Numbered from the stretch's first letter, positions 1 through 8,603 are shown. The stretch: 36,477 nucleotides of DNA from Acidimicrobiia bacterium (GCA_041619515.1 JBFKDW010000023.1:1-36477), one strand, 5' to 3'. Numbers and translations: made by a program. Notes: generated by a model from the letters alone, not told the origin.

Positions 1-1337
1 CCGGCGGGGTTGATCCACTTGGCCCGGGCCAGCAACGCCAGCGAACGCCCGTAGTTGGCGGCGGTCCGGATGTCGCGCTGCAACCGGAGGACCGTTTCGG
101 TGTTGTGATTGAGCACGGCAGGCTTGGCCTCCATAACGGTCTCGAGGGCGGCGCGGTCGCCCTTGAAGTCGGGGATGAGCACCTCGACGTCACACCCGGG
201 CAGCCGGGCCTGGATCGCCTCGATGGTCTGGGCAAAGATGCCCGACCCGCCGTCGGGCAGGTCATCGCGGTTCACGCTGGTGAGCACGGCATGCTGGAGG
301 TTCATCGAAGCCACGGCCTCGGCGGCACGCAGCGGCTCGAAGATGTCGACTTCCCCCGGCTTGCCCGTCTTGACATCGCAGAAGCTGCAGGCGCGAGTAC
401 ACGTATCGCCGAGCAGCATGAGCGTGGCGGTCCCCGACTCCCAGCACTCGAAGATGTTGGGGCAGCCGGCCTCCTCGCACACCGTATTGAGGCCCCCGGC
501 CCGCATGAGGTTCTTGACGTCCCGATATCCCTCGTTCATCACCGCCTTGACCTTCATCCACTCCGGGCGCTCCGGTTCCCCAGGCAGCCGGCCCCTGACC
601 AGCGCCGGCCCCGGCCCGGAGCTTCCGGCGAAGGCCCCCGCCGCTACCCGGCGGTCCACGTCGAACTCCCGCCCCGTCCCACGGACGAAAGCTGCTCGCT
701 GCTGTTCCACCAACGGCGCATCGAAGATCCCGGCAAAGTGGGGCACGAGCACATCGATGAATTCCTCGTGGCTGACCTTGCGCCCGGCCAGGGCTCGGAC
801 CGAGGTGACGGGCCGCTGCAGGCCGCAGGGGTTGATACGATCGAAGAAACTCAGGTCGGGGTCGAGGTTGATGGCGAAACCATGCATGCTGACGCCCCGG
901 GCCACACGCACTCCAATGGCGGCGACTTTGCCTCGTTCCGTCCATACACCGGTCAAGCCCTCTTCCGCCCACGCCTCGATGCCAAGGTCACCGAGGGCGG
1001 CAACAATGGATCGCTCCAATTTCCGGACGTAGGGAACGATCTGCCGGGAATCCGCAAGCGCGATGATGGGATAGCCCACCAGCTGCCCGGGTCCATGGAA
1101 GGTGATGTCCCCTCCCCGGTCGACATGAAACAGCTCAGCACCGAGCTCCCGCAGGGACGCCGGCTCCACCAGCAGGTTGCTTCCGTCGCCATTTCTTCCG
1201 ATCGTGTACGTGGGCGGGTGTTCGAGCAGCAGCAGGTAGTCGTCGTCGCTGCGGCCCTCCACCCGGCCCTCGTGGAAGGCCCGCTGCAGGTCCCATGCTT
1301 CCTCGTAGGGAAGCCGCCCGAGCCAGCGGACCCTCAT
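1..1337 (-). CDS. lipA: Fused octanoyltransferase LipB / lipoyl synthase LipA (3' end runs off the window)
   Basis: Manually translated from ATG 1337 (ATGA overlap with the E2 stop). N-terminal LipB motifs LLLLEHPPTYT, DRGGDITFHGPGQLVGYP, GKVAAIG, HGFAIN and INPCG read without an in-frame stop into LipA motifs CEEAGCPNIFEC (CX4CX5C), CTRACSFC (CX3CX2C) and HNTETV. Confidence 0.93.
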   Translation of the reverse strand, partial: MRVRWLGRLPYEEAWDLQRAFHEGRVEGRSDDDYLLLLEHPPTYTIGRNGDGSNLLVEPASLRELGAELFHVDRGGDITFHGPGQLVGYPIIALADSRQIVPYVRKLERSIVAALGDLGIEAWAEEGLTGVWTERGKVAAIGVRVARGVSMHGFAINLDPDLSFFDRINPCGLQRPVTSVRALAGRKVSHEEFIDVLVPHFAGIFDAPLVEQQRAAFVRGTGREFDVDRRVAAGAFAGSSGPGPALVRGRLPGEPERPEWMKVKAVMNEGYRDVKNLMRAGGLNTVCEEAGCPNIFECWESGTATLMLLGDTCTRACSFCDVKTGKPGEVDIFEPLRAAEAVASMNLQHAVLTSVNRDDLPDGGSGIFAQTIEAIQARLPGCDVEVLIPDFKGDRAALETVMEAKPAVLNHNTETVLRLQRDIRTAANYGRSLALLARAKWINPA

Positions 1338-2890
1338 GCCAGCTCTTGGTCCCAGTCCCAGGTTTCGATGTTCTGCTTGATGCGCTGCAAGAACAGCAGT
1401 GCCGCTGAACCGTCGAAGGCCTGATGGTTCCAGCTCAGCCCCAGGTACCCGACATGTCGGATGGCGATCGAGTCGTTGCCGTGCTCGTCTGTCACCACCA
1501 CCGGGCGCTTGGCAACGGTGTCCGTTGAGAGAATGCCGGTGTTGGGAACGTTGATGATCGGTGCAGTCATGAAGGACCCGAACGGGCCGGGGTTGGTGAT
1601 GGAGAAGGTGCTCCCGGATACGTCGTCGGGCTGCAGCTGATCGTTGCGGGCTTTGTCGGCGACGGCCCGAATCGCCCGGGCCAATCCCACCACTCGCAGC
1701 CCGTCGGCCCCCCGCACCGTTCCGACGACCAGGCCCGCTTGATCGAGGTCGATGGCGATGCCCAGGTTGATCGAGGCGTGATAGACGGCCTTGCCGGCCG
1801 ACGGGTAGATCGAACTGTTGACCACCGGGAAGGCGGCAAGGGCATCGACGGTGGCACGAGCAACGAACGGAAGATACGTCAGCGAAAAGCCCTCCGCTGC
1901 CTTCCAGGCAGCCTTGTGGCGGGCGCGGACCCGCTCCAGGTTCTCGTAGTCGACTTCCACCGATGCCCACACGTGAGCAGCCGACTGCTTGGCCTTGATC
2001 ATGTTGTCGGCGATTCGCTGCCGGAGACGCGAGAGCTCGACGACATGGTCGCCTGCCATGAGGGGCACGCCCTCCGGAGCGGCAACCGACTCCCCTTCCG
2101 GTGCCGCCGGTGCCGCCGGTGCCGGTGGGCTCACCTGAGCGCTCGGGGCGTCGGGGACCGGTGCGGCGGGTGTCGGCGAGGCCGCCTCGGGTTGGGTGGG
2201 GGGCGCGCCCGAATGGGAAGGAGGCGCCGGCGCTGCTGCGGTTACTGCGGTACCGGCAGGGGCCGCCGCGGGTGCCGGCGGCGCGGCGGTTGCCGGTGCC
2301 GGGGCTGCGGTGGGCTGGGAGGCGATGTAGCCCTCGAGATCCGCCCGGGTGATGCGGCCGCCTTCACCGGTGCCGGGCACCAGCGCCAGGTCGACACCCG
2401 AGGACGCGGCCAGCTTGCGAACTACGGGCGACAACACCTGCCGCTTGCCCGGGCCGGGGCCCGACTGGGGGCCGAGCGGGCTGCCACCGGCGGCCGGAGC
2501 CGGCGGTGCGGCATCGCCGGAAGGAGCTGCCTCGGGGGCTTGGGCCTGGGCCGCCGGAGCCGCGGGCTCGGTGGATGCCGTTGCTGCGGGCTCCATGGAG
2601 ATGGCGGGAGGCGCGGATGCGGTCGAGTCGCTCGCTTCCGCCGCCGCCTCCCCTTCGTCCCCGATCACCGCCAGATCGGTGCCGACGGCGACCGTCTCGC
2701 CCTCCGGCACCAGGATCTCGCTCAACACGCCGGCTGCGGGTGACGGGATCTCGGTGTCGACCTTGTCGGTTGAGATCTCGAGGAGCACCTCGTCGGCCGC
2801 CACCGTCTCGCCGGGCTGCTTCATCCAGCGGAGGATGGTTCCTTCCGTAACGGTCTCCCCCAGCTGGGGCATTGTGACGACAACGGCCAT
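1334..2890 (-). CDS. Dihydrolipoamide acyltransferase (E2 of a 2-oxoacid dehydrogenase, DlaT/SucB-like)
   Basis: Lipoyl domain (MPQLGETVTEG...STDKVDTEIPSP), Ala/Pro linkers, E3-binding domain (SPVVRKLA...GTGEGGRIT) and catalytic domain (STFSITNPG; HxxxDG). RBS AGGAG upstream. Confidence 0.95.
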   Translation of the reverse strand: MAVVVTMPQLGETVTEGTILRWMKQPGETVAADEVLLEISTDKVDTEIPSPAAGVLSEILVPEGETVAVGTDLAVIGDEGEAAAEASDSTASAPPAISMEPAATASTEPAAPAAQAQAPEAAPSGDAAPPAPAAGGSPLGPQSGPGPGKRQVLSPVVRKLAASSGVDLALVPGTGEGGRITRADLEGYIASQPTAAPAPATAAPPAPAAAPAGTAVTAAAPAPPSHSGAPPTQPEAASPTPAAPVPDAPSAQVSPPAPAAPAAPEGESVAAPEGVPLMAGDHVVELSRLRQRIADNMIKAKQSAAHVWASVEVDYENLERVRARHKAAWKAAEGFSLTYLPFVARATVDALAAFPVVNSSIYPSAGKAVYHASINLGIAIDLDQAGLVVGTVRGADGLRVVGLARAIRAVADKARNDQLQPDDVSGSTFSITNPGPFGSFMTAPIINVPNTGILSTDTVAKRPVVVTDEHGNDSIAIRHVGYLGLSWNHQAFDGSAALLFLQRIKQNIETWDWDQELA

Positions 2891-2968
2891 GTCTTCGACT
2901 CTCCTAAAGGGCGGGGCTTGGACGGATCAACCGGGTGTGGTACCGAATGCTACGCGCTCGAGCTGCTC

Positions 2969-4339
2969 TCAATGCAATGGCCTCCCCGCAGCTGCCATCA
3001 GGGTCTCGCCCACGGCTTCCGACAGCGTTGGATGAGCGTGCACGAAGGCGGCCGCCTCAGACGGCAGCGCTTCCCACCCGACGGCGTACATGAGCTCGTG
3101 GATCATCTCACCGGCGTCGGGTCCCACGACGGTTGCCCCCAGGATCGGGCCGTCCTTGGCGGCCACGATCTTGACCAGCCCCTGTGCCTGGCCCCGAATG
3201 ATCGCCCTTCCGACTCCCGCCAGCGTGTGCGAGGTCTTCTCAACCTCATATCCGAGCTCTTCAGCCTCGGCCTGCGTGAGTCCGACGGACGCCAGCTCCG
3301 GGTGGGTATACACGACGAGTGGAATCGCCCGGTAGTTGACGGGCTGCGCCTGGCCGGTGGCGATGTGGGTGATGGCGGAAATGGCTTCGGCGAACCCGGC
3401 GTGGGCCAGCTGCGGGGTTCCGGCCACGATGTCTCCGACCGCGAACACGCCCGGCTCAGCTGTCTCATAGGTGTCGAGGTCAACCTTGACGAAGCCACGG
3501 TCGAGCTCGACCTTCGTCGCCTCCAGGCCCAGGTCGCCGGTGAGGGGCGCCCGGCCCACCGCCACCAGGACCGCATCGACGTGCACCGACTCGTCCCCGA
3601 ACGGGACCGAAACGCCTCCGTCACCGGTCTGCGGCGCGCCGACCGAGACGCCGGTGCGAATGGTGACACCGCGGGCGGAAAGCTGGCGGTCGAGTGCACG
3701 AGCCGCCTGGGGGTCGGCGCCGGGAATGATCTGGTCGAGCATTTCGAACAAGTGCACTTCGTTGCCGAGGTCGGCGAGCAATGAGGCGAACTCGCAACCG
3801 ATGGCGCCGGCGCCGATCACCGCCACCCGGCCCGGGTTCTCCGCCCAGTCCAGGGCGTGGTCGGAGCTGAGAATCCGGGAACCGTCGAACTCATAGCCGG
3901 GGATGGAGCGCGGCACCGACCCGGTCGCAACGATGATGTTGGCAGCCTCGAGCTCGCGGCTGCCGTCGCTGCCCTCCACGACGACCTTTCGGGGTCCGGC
4001 GAGGCGGCCGTAGCCGTCTACGACATCGACCTTGCGGTGCTTGAGGAGCCCCGAGAGACCGCTGACGAGCTGGTCCACGATCTGGTTCTTGCGGGCCAAG
4101 CCCTCTGCCCAGTTGAACGACGGTGGCGAGGCATGAACGCCGAAATCCGCCGCCCGCGAGACCGTCGTGAACACCTCGGCGGCTTGCAGCCAGGTCTTGG
4201 CGGGAATGCAACCACGGATGAGGCAGGTCCCGCCCACCCGCTCCTTTTCCACCAGAGCTACCGAGAGGCCGAAGTTGTCGGCGTAGAGGGCGGCGGCATA
4301 CCCGCCCGGACCTCCTCCGATGATGACGACGTCGTACAC
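2969..4339 (-). CDS. lpdA: Dihydrolipoyl dehydrogenase (E3)
   Basis: GGGPGG FAD motif, GGTCLIRGCIP redox disulfide, GAGAIG NAD motif and C-terminal HPTLSE. GTG start with GGAGG upstream. Confidence 0.96.
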   Translation of the reverse strand: MYDVVIIGGGPGGYAAALYADNFGLSVALVEKERVGGTCLIRGCIPAKTWLQAAEVFTTVSRAADFGVHASPPSFNWAEGLARKNQIVDQLVSGLSGLLKHRKVDVVDGYGRLAGPRKVVVEGSDGSRELEAANIIVATGSVPRSIPGYEFDGSRILSSDHALDWAENPGRVAVIGAGAIGCEFASLLADLGNEVHLFEMLDQIIPGADPQAARALDRQLSARGVTIRTGVSVGAPQTGDGGVSVPFGDESVHVDAVLVAVGRAPLTGDLGLEATKVELDRGFVKVDLDTYETAEPGVFAVGDIVAGTPQLAHAGFAEAISAITHIATGQAQPVNYRAIPLVVYTHPELASVGLTQAEAEELGYEVEKTSHTLAGVGRAIIRGQAQGLVKIVAAKDGPILGATVVGPDAGEMIHELMYAVGWEALPSEAAAFVHAHPTLSEAVGETLMAAAGRPLH

Positions 4340-4430
4340 GGCACACCCTCCTGAACGAAAGCCGAGACTAGTAGCAACCGGTCTGATGGCCTATGGGTCG
4401 GGCGTGCTGTTCGTTCCCTCCGCCCCCGGA

Positions 4431-4436
4431 TACAGT
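4431..4436 (+). promoter_or_regulatory. Putative -10 box (TACAGT) of a leaderless or near-leaderless transcript
   Basis: TANNNT hexamer 8 nt upstream of ATG 4445, with no SD sequence. Confidence 0.45.
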
Positions 4437-4444
4437 TCTCGTGA

Positions 4445-4537
4445 ATGCAGACCCGCTACCTCATCATCGCTTCGCTCATCACGGCTCTGGTGATCCTCAT
4501 CGCCGGCGCCTGGTGGTTTTACGCACGAGCGGTGTGA
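4445..4537 (+). CDS. Small 30-aa single-pass membrane protein (MQTRYLIIASLITALVILIAGAWWFYARAV)
   Basis: Manual translation. About 20-residue hydrophobic core, -10 box just upstream, and TGATG coupling to the next gene. Confidence 0.7.
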   Translation: MQTRYLIIASLITALVILIAGAWWFYARAV

Positions 4538-4923
4538 TGGCTGAGCGGCTCTCCCTCCCCGACCCGGACCTGAGGGCACTGTCGGCCGGGACCGTCGTCG
4601 TCGCGTTCGTCCACCGTCATGCCGTCGATCTCAACGACGAGCTCGAACTGCAAGCAGCCGGGCCGCGCCCGGCCTCGGAGTTGTCTGCCGACCATCAGGC
4701 ATTGGCCGCAATGGGGCCGCCGGAGGGTGACCACGTCGGCCTGGTCGTCGGATTGCAGCCGGCTGCGTCTCTGGCGGGGTCGGAAGGCTCCCGCCATCAC
4801 ATCCTGTCGGAGGTCCCCGCAGGGGACGCCGTCATCCTGCGAGTCTTCTCGGCCACCGGGCCGGTGCTGGCCGACGACGAGTTCGCCGAGCGGAGAGCGT
4901 CGGTCGAGGCGATGTTCCGATGA
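4537..4923 (+). CDS. Hypothetical protein (128 aa, MAERLSLPDPDL...)
   Basis: 3' part of ORF 4393..4923. ATG 4537 overlaps the upstream TGA, and the stop overlaps the next ATG. Confidence 0.7.
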   Translation: MAERLSLPDPDLRALSAGTVVVAFVHRHAVDLNDELELQAAGPRPASELSADHQALAAMGPPEGDHVGLVVGLQPAASLAGSEGSRHHILSEVPAGDAVILRVFSATGPVLADDEFAERRASVEAMFR

Positions 4924-4967
4924 GCCACGAGGTTCCGATGAGCCACGAGGTTCCGATGAGCCACGAG
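4914..4967 (+). repeat. Perfect tandem repeat, 3 x 18 bp (GTTCCGATGAGCCACGAG)
   Basis: Copies at 4914-4931, 4932-4949 and 4950-4967, encoding MSHEVP-MSHEVP-MSHE. Confidence 0.97.
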
Positions 4968-5591
4968 CTCGCCGTCATTCAAAGCACGGGGGGCATTTCG
5001 CTCGAGGCGCGTTGGGACCGCCCGGAGCCGTCGGTCGGTGCCCTGGTGTTCTGCCACCCCGATCCGCAACAGGGCGGCACCATGACTGCGCCGCTCATGC
5101 ACAAGGTGACAAAAGCCCTGGTAGCGCGCGGCTTCAGCGTGCTTCGGTTCAACTTCCGCGGCGTCGGGCTCTCGACCGGCCGGTGGGACGAAGGCAGCGG
5201 CGAGATCGACGACGTGGCCGCAGCCATGGCGCATGCGCGGGACACGGGCCCCGATCCGGGACTGGTCGGGTGGTCTTTCGGTGCCGCCACGGCACTGCAA
5301 TGGCAGGCGCGCCAGCGCGACCCGACGCCGTTTGCCGGCATAGCTCCCCCACTTCGAATCGACGGCGTCGACCGCCTGCCCAGCCCCGACCGCCTCGTTC
5401 CGGCCCGCCGGACGTTCATCCTCGGGGATCGCGACCAGTTCGTGACCGTCGACGAATTACAGGCCTACGCAGACGCCGCCGGCGCCACGGTGAGCGTGCT
5501 CAAGGGCAGCGACCACTTCTTCTTCTTTCGTGAGGACACCGTCGCCGGGCTCATCGCCGACCACTGGTTGGGGGAAGCGGTCAGCGGATGA
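4920..5591 (+). CDS. Alpha/beta-fold hydrolase
   Basis: HPDPQQGGTM, RFNFRGVGLS, GWSFG nucleophile elbow, GDRDQF and DHFF. Confidence 0.9.
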   Translation: MSHEVPMSHEVPMSHELAVIQSTGGISLEARWDRPEPSVGALVFCHPDPQQGGTMTAPLMHKVTKALVARGFSVLRFNFRGVGLSTGRWDEGSGEIDDVAAAMAHARDTGPDPGLVGWSFGAATALQWQARQRDPTPFAGIAPPLRIDGVDRLPSPDRLVPARRTFILGDRDQFVTVDELQAYADAAGATVSVLKGSDHFFFFREDTVAGLIADHWLGEAVSG

Positions 5592-5673
5592 CGGCGGAGG
5601 CGAGCAGCACCCAGAGCGAGATCCAGGCCACGAACTGGAGGGCGGCCCCGCAGCGGTGCACGATCTGTGTCAT
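5581..5673 (-). CDS. Putative small 30-aa membrane peptide (MTQIVHRCGAALQFVAWISLWVLLASAVIR)
   Basis: Manual translation. Hydrophobic C-terminal helix, preceded by the TCCAG-N15-GCCGAT-N9-ATG motif. Alternative in-frame ATG at 5718. Confidence 0.5.
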   Translation of the reverse strand: MTQIVHRCGAALQFVAWISLWVLLASAVIR

Positions 5674-5708
5674 GGGTCGGTGATCGGCATCCCGGGTGGA
5701 TTTCTGGA
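5674..5708 (-). promoter_or_regulatory. Putative sigma-28/WhiG-like promoter (TCCAG-N15-GCCGAT)
   Basis: Same geometry as the motifs at 11693 and 17095. Resembles the FliA/WhiG -10 GCCGATAA. Confidence 0.5.
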
Positions 5709-5728
5709 GCGGGAGCATTGGCCCGGCG

Positions 5729-5938
5729 CTAGCCGCTCACCGCCCGGTACCCGCGATTGCGGGCTTCGGCTGCGGTGTCCGGGGCGATGGCGGAAATGAG
5801 AGTGCCGGCTCGAGGACCGTAATCGTTCATCCGGGCTTCGAGCATGGCGAACTGGTCGGGGTCGTCGCAGTCGTAGAACCGCATGTCATCACGGGTACCG
5901 AGAAAGCGGCTGTGCTCGAACCGGCGCAGCCTGCCCAC
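5729..5938 (-). CDS. Small hypothetical protein (MGRLRRFEHSRFLGTRDD...APDTAAEARNRGYR)
   Basis: GTG 5938 overlaps the TAG of the upstream gene. 69 aa with protein-like composition. Confidence 0.7.
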   Translation of the reverse strand: MGRLRRFEHSRFLGTRDDMRFYDCDDPDQFAMLEARMNDYGPRAGTLISAIAPDTAAEARNRGYRAVSG

Positions 5939-6396
5939 TAGCCGGCGCCCTCCTCCCACTCCTGCCAGCTCTCCCATTCGGCCATGTCGTCGGGGTCCGG
6001 CTCCTCGGCCAGCAGGCTCCCATCGTCGATCTCATCCGAGTAGTCGATGTGCTCGATCTGCAGCTCACCGTCGACAACTCCGGCGTCCTCGGCGTTCTCA
6101 CCGTCTTCGGTGAACGTGAAGCGGAAGTAGCCCATACGGCTGTAGACACGCTCCTCCCCGGGAATCCACGCCACCACCACCGGCTCGTCGCCCAGTTCGC
6201 CGCGGGTGGCCAAGATCCCCGGATAACCGAGGACCAGCTCACCGATGCCCTGCATGACTGCGTCGTGGCCGCTTCCACCGAAGAAGGGCGCCGAAACCTC
6301 TTTGTCGAGGAGCTCTCCGATCGACTCCAAGTCCCGGGCGTTGAAGTAGTCGACGAACTCGTCGAGATTGGCTTCCTCTGCCGAGTAGTCGGTCAT
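5938..6396 (-). CDS. Acidic hypothetical protein, possibly NTF2/SnoaL-like fold
   Basis: N-terminal FVDYFNARDLESIGELLD pattern is typical of NTF2-like proteins. TAGAAT -10 lies 6 nt before the ATG. Confidence 0.7.
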   Translation of the reverse strand: MTDYSAEEANLDEFVDYFNARDLESIGELLDKEVSAPFFGGSGHDAVMQGIGELVLGYPGILATRGELGDEPVVVAWIPGEERVYSRMGYFRFTFTEDGENAEDAGVVDGELQIEHIDYSDEIDDGSLLAEEPDPDDMAEWESWQEWEEGAG

Positions 6397-6537
6397 GCTC
6401 TGATTCTAGGAACCGGTTCCCCAACCACGAGCATCGCGGCCGGCGGAGCCGCCGCCGCCTGCCGCCACGCCGGCATCGTGCTGGGGGCAACGGCGAAGTA
6501 CAGCGCCAGCATGGCCTCGGCCACACGCTGCTTCAGG

Positions 6538-8181
6538 TCAGATCCAGGCTGGTTCTCGGTATTCACCGAACACCTCCCGCAACGCCTCCACAATCTCGCC
6601 TTCGGTTGCCCGGACCCGGGCAGCACCGACGATCAGCTCCATCAGATTTGCGGTCCCTTCCGCCCCGTCCCGGAGGGCGGCCAACGCGGCCGCCACCGCT
6701 GCCTCGTCGCGCCGTGCCCGCAAATCGGCGAGCACCCGGCGCTGGGAGGTCTCGATCTCCTCTGAAATCCGCAGGATTGGTATGCCGCCGTCCTCCTCCT
6801 TGACGTAGCGGTTCACCCCGACGATTCCGCGCTCTCCCGAGGTCACCTTCTTCTCGAACTCATAGGCCGAGTCCGAGATCCGGCCCTGGAACCATCCCTC
6901 CTCGATTCCTTTCAGCACCCCTGCCAGCATCGAGCCCGATCCCTTGCGGTCGATGGCGGCGAATATCTCCTCGGCGGCACCCTCTATGCGGTCGGTGAGC
7001 TGTTCGACGTACCAGGACCCACCGAGCGGATCGATGGTGTCGGCCACTCCCGTCTCCTCTGCAATGACCTGCTGGGTGCGCAAGGCGAGCTCGGCGGCTT
7101 CCGCGGTCGGCAGGGCGTAGACCTCATCCAGCGCATTGGTGTGCAGGCTCTGCGTGCCTCCGAGTACGGCGGCGAGTGCCTCGATGGCGGTGCGCACCAC
7201 GTTGTTGTACGGCTGCTGGGCCGTCAGTGAGACCCCGGCCGTCTGGGAGTGGAACCGGAGCTTCAGCGACCGTTCGTCTCTGGCGCCGTAGCGCTCTCGC
7301 ATCCAGCGCGCCCAGATGCGGCGGGCGGCCCGGAACTTGGCGATCTCTTCGAAGAAGTCGACGTGGGCGTCGAAGAAGAACGAGAATCGGGGAACGAACG
7401 AGTCGACGGCCAGGCCTCGCTCGGTGCACGCTTCGACGTATGCGAACCCGTCGGCGAGGGTGAAAGCCAGCTCCTCAGCGGCGGTCGCACCGGCTTCCCG
7501 GATGTGATACCCCGAGATGGAGATCGTGTTCCAGAGCGGCACCTTCTCCATGCAGAACTCGACCTGGTCGACGAGCAAGCGGAGGTGGGGGCCGGGCGGG
7601 AACAGCCACTCCTTCTGGGCGATGTACTCCTTGAGGATGTCGTTTTGCAGCGTTCCTTGCAGCTTGCCCCACTCCACCCCCTGGTCCTCGGCGGCAACGA
7701 GCAGGAACGCGAAGAGCACCTGAGCCGGGCCATTGATCGTCATCGAGACCGACACCTCGTCGAGTGGGATCTCCTCCATCAGGCGGCCCATGTCATCTGC
7801 CGAGTCGACCGCCACCCCGCAATGCCCGACCTCGCCGGAGGACCTCGCCGAGTCGCTATCGAGGCCCATGAGTGTGGGCATGTCGAAGGCCACCGAAACG
7901 CCGTGCTGACCCTCGGCCAGCAAATGCCTGAACCGTGCGTTGGTGTCGGCCACCGACGCGAACCCGGCGAACTGGCGGACGGTCCATAGCCGGCCCCGGT
8001 AGCCGGTGGCATGAATGCCCCGCGTGTAGGGGTAGGAGCCGGGGTATCCGATCTTTTCATCAGGATCGCCCTCGTCGGGAAGGCCGAGCGGCGGCACCGG
8101 ATCCCCCGAGAGCGACTCGAAGCTCTCCCGGCGGAGCCGCCCGTCTTCATACGCATCTTTCCACTGCGGGCGGCCGCTCAT
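6538..8181 (-). CDS. Cobalamin-dependent acyl-CoA mutase large (substrate-binding) subunit, isobutyryl-CoA mutase IcmA-type
   Basis: PGSYPYTRG, WTVRQFAGF, QNDILKEYIAQKEW, ISGYHIRE and GGTQSLHTN. No DxHxxG B12-binding domain. Confidence 0.92.
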   Translation of the reverse strand: MSGRPQWKDAYEDGRLRRESFESLSGDPVPPLGLPDEGDPDEKIGYPGSYPYTRGIHATGYRGRLWTVRQFAGFASVADTNARFRHLLAEGQHGVSVAFDMPTLMGLDSDSARSSGEVGHCGVAVDSADDMGRLMEEIPLDEVSVSMTINGPAQVLFAFLLVAAEDQGVEWGKLQGTLQNDILKEYIAQKEWLFPPGPHLRLLVDQVEFCMEKVPLWNTISISGYHIREAGATAAEELAFTLADGFAYVEACTERGLAVDSFVPRFSFFFDAHVDFFEEIAKFRAARRIWARWMRERYGARDERSLKLRFHSQTAGVSLTAQQPYNNVVRTAIEALAAVLGGTQSLHTNALDEVYALPTAEAAELALRTQQVIAEETGVADTIDPLGGSWYVEQLTDRIEGAAEEIFAAIDRKGSGSMLAGVLKGIEEGWFQGRISDSAYEFEKKVTSGERGIVGVNRYVKEEDGGIPILRISEEIETSQRRVLADLRARRDEAAVAAALAALRDGAEGTANLMELIVGAARVRATEGEIVEALREVFGEYREPAWI

Positions 8182-8603
8182 AGCCCGGCTTCCTCCACCG
8201 TGGCACCGAGGGCGCCGATGCTGAGCAGATACTCGGCCTCATGCTCCAGCACTGCACGGATTGCCCCGGCTCCGTAGCGAGGGCCGCTCCGGCGGTCTAT
8301 CTGACCGGCGATGAAGCGCACCGCGTCGTCTGAGCCTCCCACCCGCACCGGCGCCAGCGGACCGCCGCTGCGCGGCGAGACGCCCTGCAGGTAGATGACC
8401 TCCCATTCGAGGATGCGCCGGACGTCGTCTCGTGTGAGCGGCGATGTGGGCCCGAGGGCGGTGTCGACGAAGGCAACCGCATCCTCCAGCACATACGTGA
8501 GGGGCTCGGCGCCGGGCCGTTTCACGGCTTCCTGCCACACCATGGCGGCAGCGATCGCCAGCAGCGCCGCCACCAGCAGGGCTCCGAGAATCAGTGGGCT
8601 CAT
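8178..8603 (-). CDS. Hypothetical membrane-anchored protein
   Basis: N-terminal TM helix, TATTGT -10 six nt before the ATG, and stop overlapping the mutase ATG. Confidence 0.75.
   Translation of the reverse strand: MSPLILGALLVAALLAIAAAMVWQEAVKRPGAEPLTYVLEDAVAFVDTALGPTSPLTRDDVRRILEWEVIYLQGVSPRSGGPLAPVRVGGSDDAVRFIAGQIDRRSGPRYGAGAIRAVLEHEAEYLLSIGALGATVEEAGL

Noticed and set aside
105..1424. Long plus-strand ORFs (105..1424, 109..1032) and similar antisense ORFs throughout the window
   Set aside because: These are shadow ORFs opposite well-supported genes, as expected in high-GC DNA with few stop codons. They carry no recognisable motifs.
2100..2660. Low-complexity GCC/GGT repeats
   Set aside because: They encode the normal Ala/Pro linkers of the E2 subunit.
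4914..4967. 18-bp repeats as a mini-CRISPR or insertion target duplication
   Set aside because: The copies are directly adjacent, with no spacers or intervening element.
6397..6537. Minus-strand reading VAEAMLALYFAVAPSTMPAWRQAAAAPPAAMLVVG as a small gene or gene remnant
   Set aside because: No convincing start signal or recognisable family, and it runs over the promoter of the next gene. Cannot be supported without a search.
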